Source of the DNA: Cyanophora paradoxa CCMP329
Lineage: Eukaryota; Plantae; Glaucophyta
DNA: 64,000 bases
NCBI GenBank assembly: GCA_004431415.1
Contig: QPMI01000157.1
Span: forward strand, 202,016 to 266,015
Reading direction: 5' to 3'
Under the pieces are notes generated by a model. It made no database searches. It was not told the origin of the DNA and saw only the letters and a list, made by a program, of their open reading frames with translations. The position numbers and the translations under genes are program-made. This document shows positions 59,692-64,000 of the stretch, in pieces (position 1 is the first letter of the stretch; each line of letters starts with the position of its first letter).

Positions 59692-62600
59692 CTAGACTAG
59701 AAGAGCCTCTGGAGGGAGCGGGTGAGGGCGGAGCCGGCGGTCTCCAGGTACCCCTCCGGCTCCCCGTCTCCGGATCCGGCGGCGGGTCGCGGGGCGGGGG
59801 CGTGCGCAGGGGGGGCCGGCTCCCTGAGGGCCCCCGCCCACTCCGACGCGTGCGGGCGGCACATCCAGTGCACCTCCCCGCTCGCCGTCAGGGTCTGCGG
59901 TCCGATCAGCGTCAGCTGCGGAAGGAAAAGAAGGGGGAGGAAGCGGGATGGGGGTGCGGCGCCTTGCGGAGGCCGCCGAGCTCGCGGCGGTCGTCGACGG
60001 AGCCGAGGAGGGCCTCCAGCGCCCCCCGCATCTCCTCCTGGGAGCCTTCGACGTCGGCGAACGAAGCGGAGGCTTGTTGAGTCGGAAGGCGTACCCGGCA
60101 GTCGACAACGCGGGAGGGTAGGCCCGACGAGAACGCCTCAACCGCCTGCGCCGAAACTTCAAAATGGAGAGGGGGGTGGGGGGCAGAAAGGACAAGGGGG
60201 GGTAGGGGGTCGTGCCTGGGCGGCCTCGCGGAGGGCGGCGGCGGGGTCCTTGGCGCCCAGGCGCCCCGCGATCCCCCGCACGTCCAGGCCCCTGCGCGGG
60301 CTCAGGGGGGTACGAGGGGGCGAGAAGGGGGGGGGGAGCGGGCGGGCGGGCCTGTCCTTGAGGGGGTCCAGCCCCATCGACGACGCGAACGCGATCACCT
60401 GAGGCGGCGCTCGATCACCTGAGCGGGGGGGGGGATGGCAGGGGGTGCGGCGCGCCTCGTCGGGGACGGAGAGGCCGACGGCCGCGCCCGCCGCGATGCT
60501 CAGGAGCTGCCGGGGGTACTCAATAAACCGGGGACGGGGGTACGCAGACGGCGCACCTTGAGGGCTGTGGCGAGGTAGGGCCCCGCCCTCCTGAAGAACT
60601 CCTTGGGGCGGGAGATGGGGTACCCCTCGTGCTCGGTCAGGTGCGCCTGCGCGTGCACCGCCGTGCTCAGAGGAGGGGCGGGGGGGAAGGGGGCGGGGAG
60701 GGAGAGGGGGCGGGCCTCGCCGGGGCACTCGCAGAGGAGGTGGAGCCGGACCTTGTCCGAGACCCAGTCCCCGGGCTTCCACCACTTTCGGTCCTGCCGA
60801 GGGCGGGTGAGATAGGATCGCTGGCGTCGTCGATGGGAGGGGCGGAGGGGCGCGCGGGGCGCGCCTGCTTGCTGAAGGGCACGAGGATGTAGAGGGACGG
60901 CACTCGGCACTGGTCCACGTTCAGCTGCGCCCGCGGTCAGGGGGGGGAGGGGTAGCAGGGGTACGCAGCACCGTCGCGATCATGGAGCGGAGGAGCATGC
61001 GGCGGTGCTCGGCCTGCGAATGCGGCGGGGGCGGGCGCCGCGTCGGGGGTACGCTGAAGAGAGGCGGCGAAGGGGGTACGCGCCTGCTGCTCGAGGAGCC
61101 GCCGCTGCTGCGCCGTGAGCGCCGCGAGGGCGTCCTGAGGGGGGTATGAGTTTCAGGGGGAAGGAAATGGACGGGGGTTGGGGGCGCACGGCCTGGCGCT
61201 TGAGCTGCTCGCGCGTCCCTGCGTCGGCCTGCGCCATACCCCTCACCAGCGCCTGGCCCCGCTTAGAAAGAAAGTTGACGGGGGAAAGCGAGAAGGGGGG
61301 GGTGGTACCGCGAGCTCGTCGAGGCGGCGCTCGACGCCCTCGGCGCGGAGGGATTCCTGTACCCCGCCGGCGCCCCGGGCCCAGCGCACGACGGCCTCGG
61401 CCTGTAGCCGGAGCCTGAGAAAGGGGTACGGGAATAGAAGCGGCAAGCCCGTACCCGCGGGGCGTCCCCCCCGGGGAGGAGCTTCTCCGCGTCGTCGCTG
61501 CAGGGGAGAGAGGGTCGGTAAGAGACGGCGCGCGTCTAAAAATAATAGCGCGCGTCTAAAAATAGAGGAAGGGGCTGAGGGACCTGACGGCGGCGGCCTC
61601 CTCGCAGGCGCGGGCGATGGCGGCGGCGAGGTGGGCGGCGGCGGCGGGGGCGCTCGCGGGGTCCCACTCGAGCCGCAGGCCGGCCTCGCACTGCAGCGAG
61701 GAGACCGCCGGGCCCGCCACCGCCAGCACCTGCCGCCCCGCCTGCGCTCAGCGAGGCGGCGCGGGGGCCGGAAGGGTCTCCAGGGGGCGCGCCTTGCCCT
61801 CGGCGGCGGCGCGGGCGAGGGTGCGGCGCGGGGGCCGCCCCCGCACGAGGTCGTCACGACCACCGCGCAGACGGCCGCGTCCACGCGCTCCGGCGCGTCC
61901 CGGGGCTCCCCCGGCGCGCTCGGCGGGTCCCAGTCCACGGAGAAGCTGCGGGGGGCCGGGTGCCGCGAGGTCGGCCCCGGGGTACGCGACGGGCGAGCGG
62001 GAGGGAGGGGCGGGGCGGGGACCCGAGGGCGGCGAGTCTGTCGGCGACGTCGCGGGCGCGCCCCGCGGCGGGGGCGGAGTGCACGAGCAGCACGTGCTGC
62101 CGCAGCCTTGGGGGTGCGGGGGCGGTGAGACGGCGAGGAGGGCGGGTGGAGGGCTGGGGGGGCTCGTCTCACCCCTTGGGGAGGGCGGGGGCGTGCACGG
62201 AGGAGCGGCGGCGGGGGGCGGGAGAGGGGCGAGCGGGGGCGGGTCGTCGGGGTCGGGGGACGGGGGCGGCGAGCCCCCCAGGAGCCTCCCGAGGAAGGCG
62301 GCGGGGGCGGAGATCCAGAGGGGCGGCGACGCCCGCGGGCTGCGGGGCGTGCTCGGCCGGGGGAGGGCGGCAGGTCGAGCCGGGGGAGGCCGGCGGGCGG
62401 CCGCCGGCTCGGGCCCCGCGGAGGGTGGCGCGCCGAGCGGTGCCGCGGGGCCAGCGGGGACGGCCGCGGCGACTGCTGCTGCTGCGGGGCGGGTACAGCG
62501 CCCAGGGAGGGCGGGCTGAGGCGGATGTCGAAGTGCGGGAGGGCGGCCGGGGGGCACGGGGGGAGTCCGGAAGGGCGGGGCGAGGGGGCGGCGGGGGGTA

Positions 62601-63897
62601 CGTGGAGGGCGTGGGGGGGCGGGGGCGTGGCCCCGGGGGCTAAGGACTCGCACGGGTCGGGTACAGCGAGCACGGGCCCCGAGGGGCGCCGCCCGCCGGG
62701 CGGGGCGGCAGCGTGCGGGCCCTGCGGGGCACGAGAATCAGGAAGGGAAGGGAGTGCGGAACCCGCGGGAAGCGCACAATCGCAAGGGGCGGGAGAGGGG
62801 GAGGGGCGTTGGAGATCTGCGGGTGGGGCCGCGTGAGGAAGGAAGGGACGCGCCGACTGGGGTACGGGGCACCGAGCAGGCGACGAGGGAGAAGCGGGGG
62901 TCGCCGGCTTCGATGGGGGTACCGAGATCGTAGAGGAAGCAGCCGGCTGCGCGCCCCTCGAGGGGGGCTACCACGCGGATGCCGGTGGCGCAGCCGTGCA
63001 GGCGGCAGGCCGAGAGCTGCGAACGCATGTCGGGGGGCGGAGGGACCGAGCGTAGAGGGAACCGGGCACCTCGAGGACCGGAGTACAGAGGCCGAGGGAG
63101 CCGCCGGCGTCGACTGCGGCGGCGGCGAAAGAGATCTCGCAGGAATCGAGGCGGAGGGCGCCGGCGCGGAGCTCGACGCCGCCGCCGCGGACGCGGCAGC
63201 GGGAGAGGACGAGGCGGGAGCCGTCGGCGCCGGGGGCGACGGAGAGGGCGGAGGGGCGCTCGAGGCCCTCCTCCCGTTCCACCTCGCACCGCTCCAGGGA
63301 CCACGCGCTCGCCTTCCCCTCCAGCGACACGCTACCCGCCACGAACAGGTCCCGCAGCGTCAGCCGCCCCCGCCCGCCCGCCACCCGCAGCTGCCCGCGC
63401 AGCGCCGCCCGGGCGTTGGGCGCGGCGCGCAGCACCAGCTCGCGTCCGCTCAGGTCGATGGCGCCCCCGTCGATGTGGTGGTCGCCTTCCTCGAGCGTGA
63501 TGAACGAAGCGTACGATCCGGACGCAGCGGCGGCGCGCAACGCGTCGCCGATCGATCTGTAGCTCGCGCCCGCTGCTGCCGGCGCATCGGCGGGCTGCGC
63601 GGGACCGGAAACCACCACCGCCTCGAAGGGCCTGCCGCTGAGCTGCGCGCCCCCGGCGTTCATCGTGCGCAGCTGTCTCAGGCTGTCCGCGCGCGCGTTG
63701 GTCGCTTGGGGCTCGCCTCGGGCGCGCGCGCTCTGCGCATCCAGTTCAGGTGCAGCTTTACGCGTGCTAGGGCTGCCGAAACTTCGAGCCGCGCTGCGAA
63801 ACCAGTCTTGAGCCTCCTGCCGTGTACCCCGGCCTCGAAAGCTGCGGATGAGCCTTGTAGCCGTCGCAGGGGCAATCAAGACAGCACTAGCGTTCAT
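59692..63897 (-). CDS. Host multi-exon gene: N-terminal parallel beta-helix-like region and C-terminal segment resembling the tail of Roco/COR-type proteins; boundaries approximate
   Basis: YRSIGDALRAA..ITLEEGDH..LVLRAAP (beta-helix-like); CRVPSLYILVP..KVRLHLLCE..HLTEHEGYPISRPKEFFRRAGPYL. Confidence 0.4.
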
Positions 63898-64000
63898 CCC
63901 GGGCTCTCGCAGAGCAAAGGTTGTAGTCGTCGGAGCGGTCCTCGCCTACATCCTTCTTCGTCGCGGCAAGAGGCCGAACCCGTGCGCCCCGACTTATCCT

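Noticed and set aside
59700-63500. Long Pro/Arg/Gly-rich six-frame ORFs here and at 1-3800 and 21869-22407
   Set aside because: Artefacts of extreme GC content reading through introns or antisense; the real genes are spliced.

Overview
GC-rich, intron-dense eukaryotic (protist-like) DNA. It contains five host genes, a near full-length L1/Tx1-type LINE (~3.8-11.6 kb, minus strand), two small retroposed inserts with target-site duplications (TSDs) at ~59 kb, and an AT-rich 23-kb block (25295-48375). That block resolves into two nested, syntenic endogenous Polinton-like viruses of ~11.5 kb each. The outer element has 174-bp terminal inverted repeats (TIRs) and a 6-bp TSD (TCGAGC). It encodes an rve integrase, a canonical protein-primed PolB, a penton, a major capsid protein (MCP) and an A32 ATPase, but no helicase. 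The inner element (29253-40922) has 373-bp TIRs and a 5-bp TSD (ACAGA), and sits inside the outer element's pPolB gene. It carries an almost identical MCP (10 of 408 aa differ) but replaces pPolB with a degenerate PolB-SF1 helicase-HNH fusion of the Tlr1/transpoviron type. The two elements share TIR motifs, promoters and a conserved ~250-nt candidate structured RNA. The pair is inserted between the two Toll/interleukin-1 receptor domains of a host tandem-TIR-domain gene. Where checked, frameshifts are single-base losses in homopolymers and may be sequencing errors. All family assignments come from motif recognition by eye; no searches were run.
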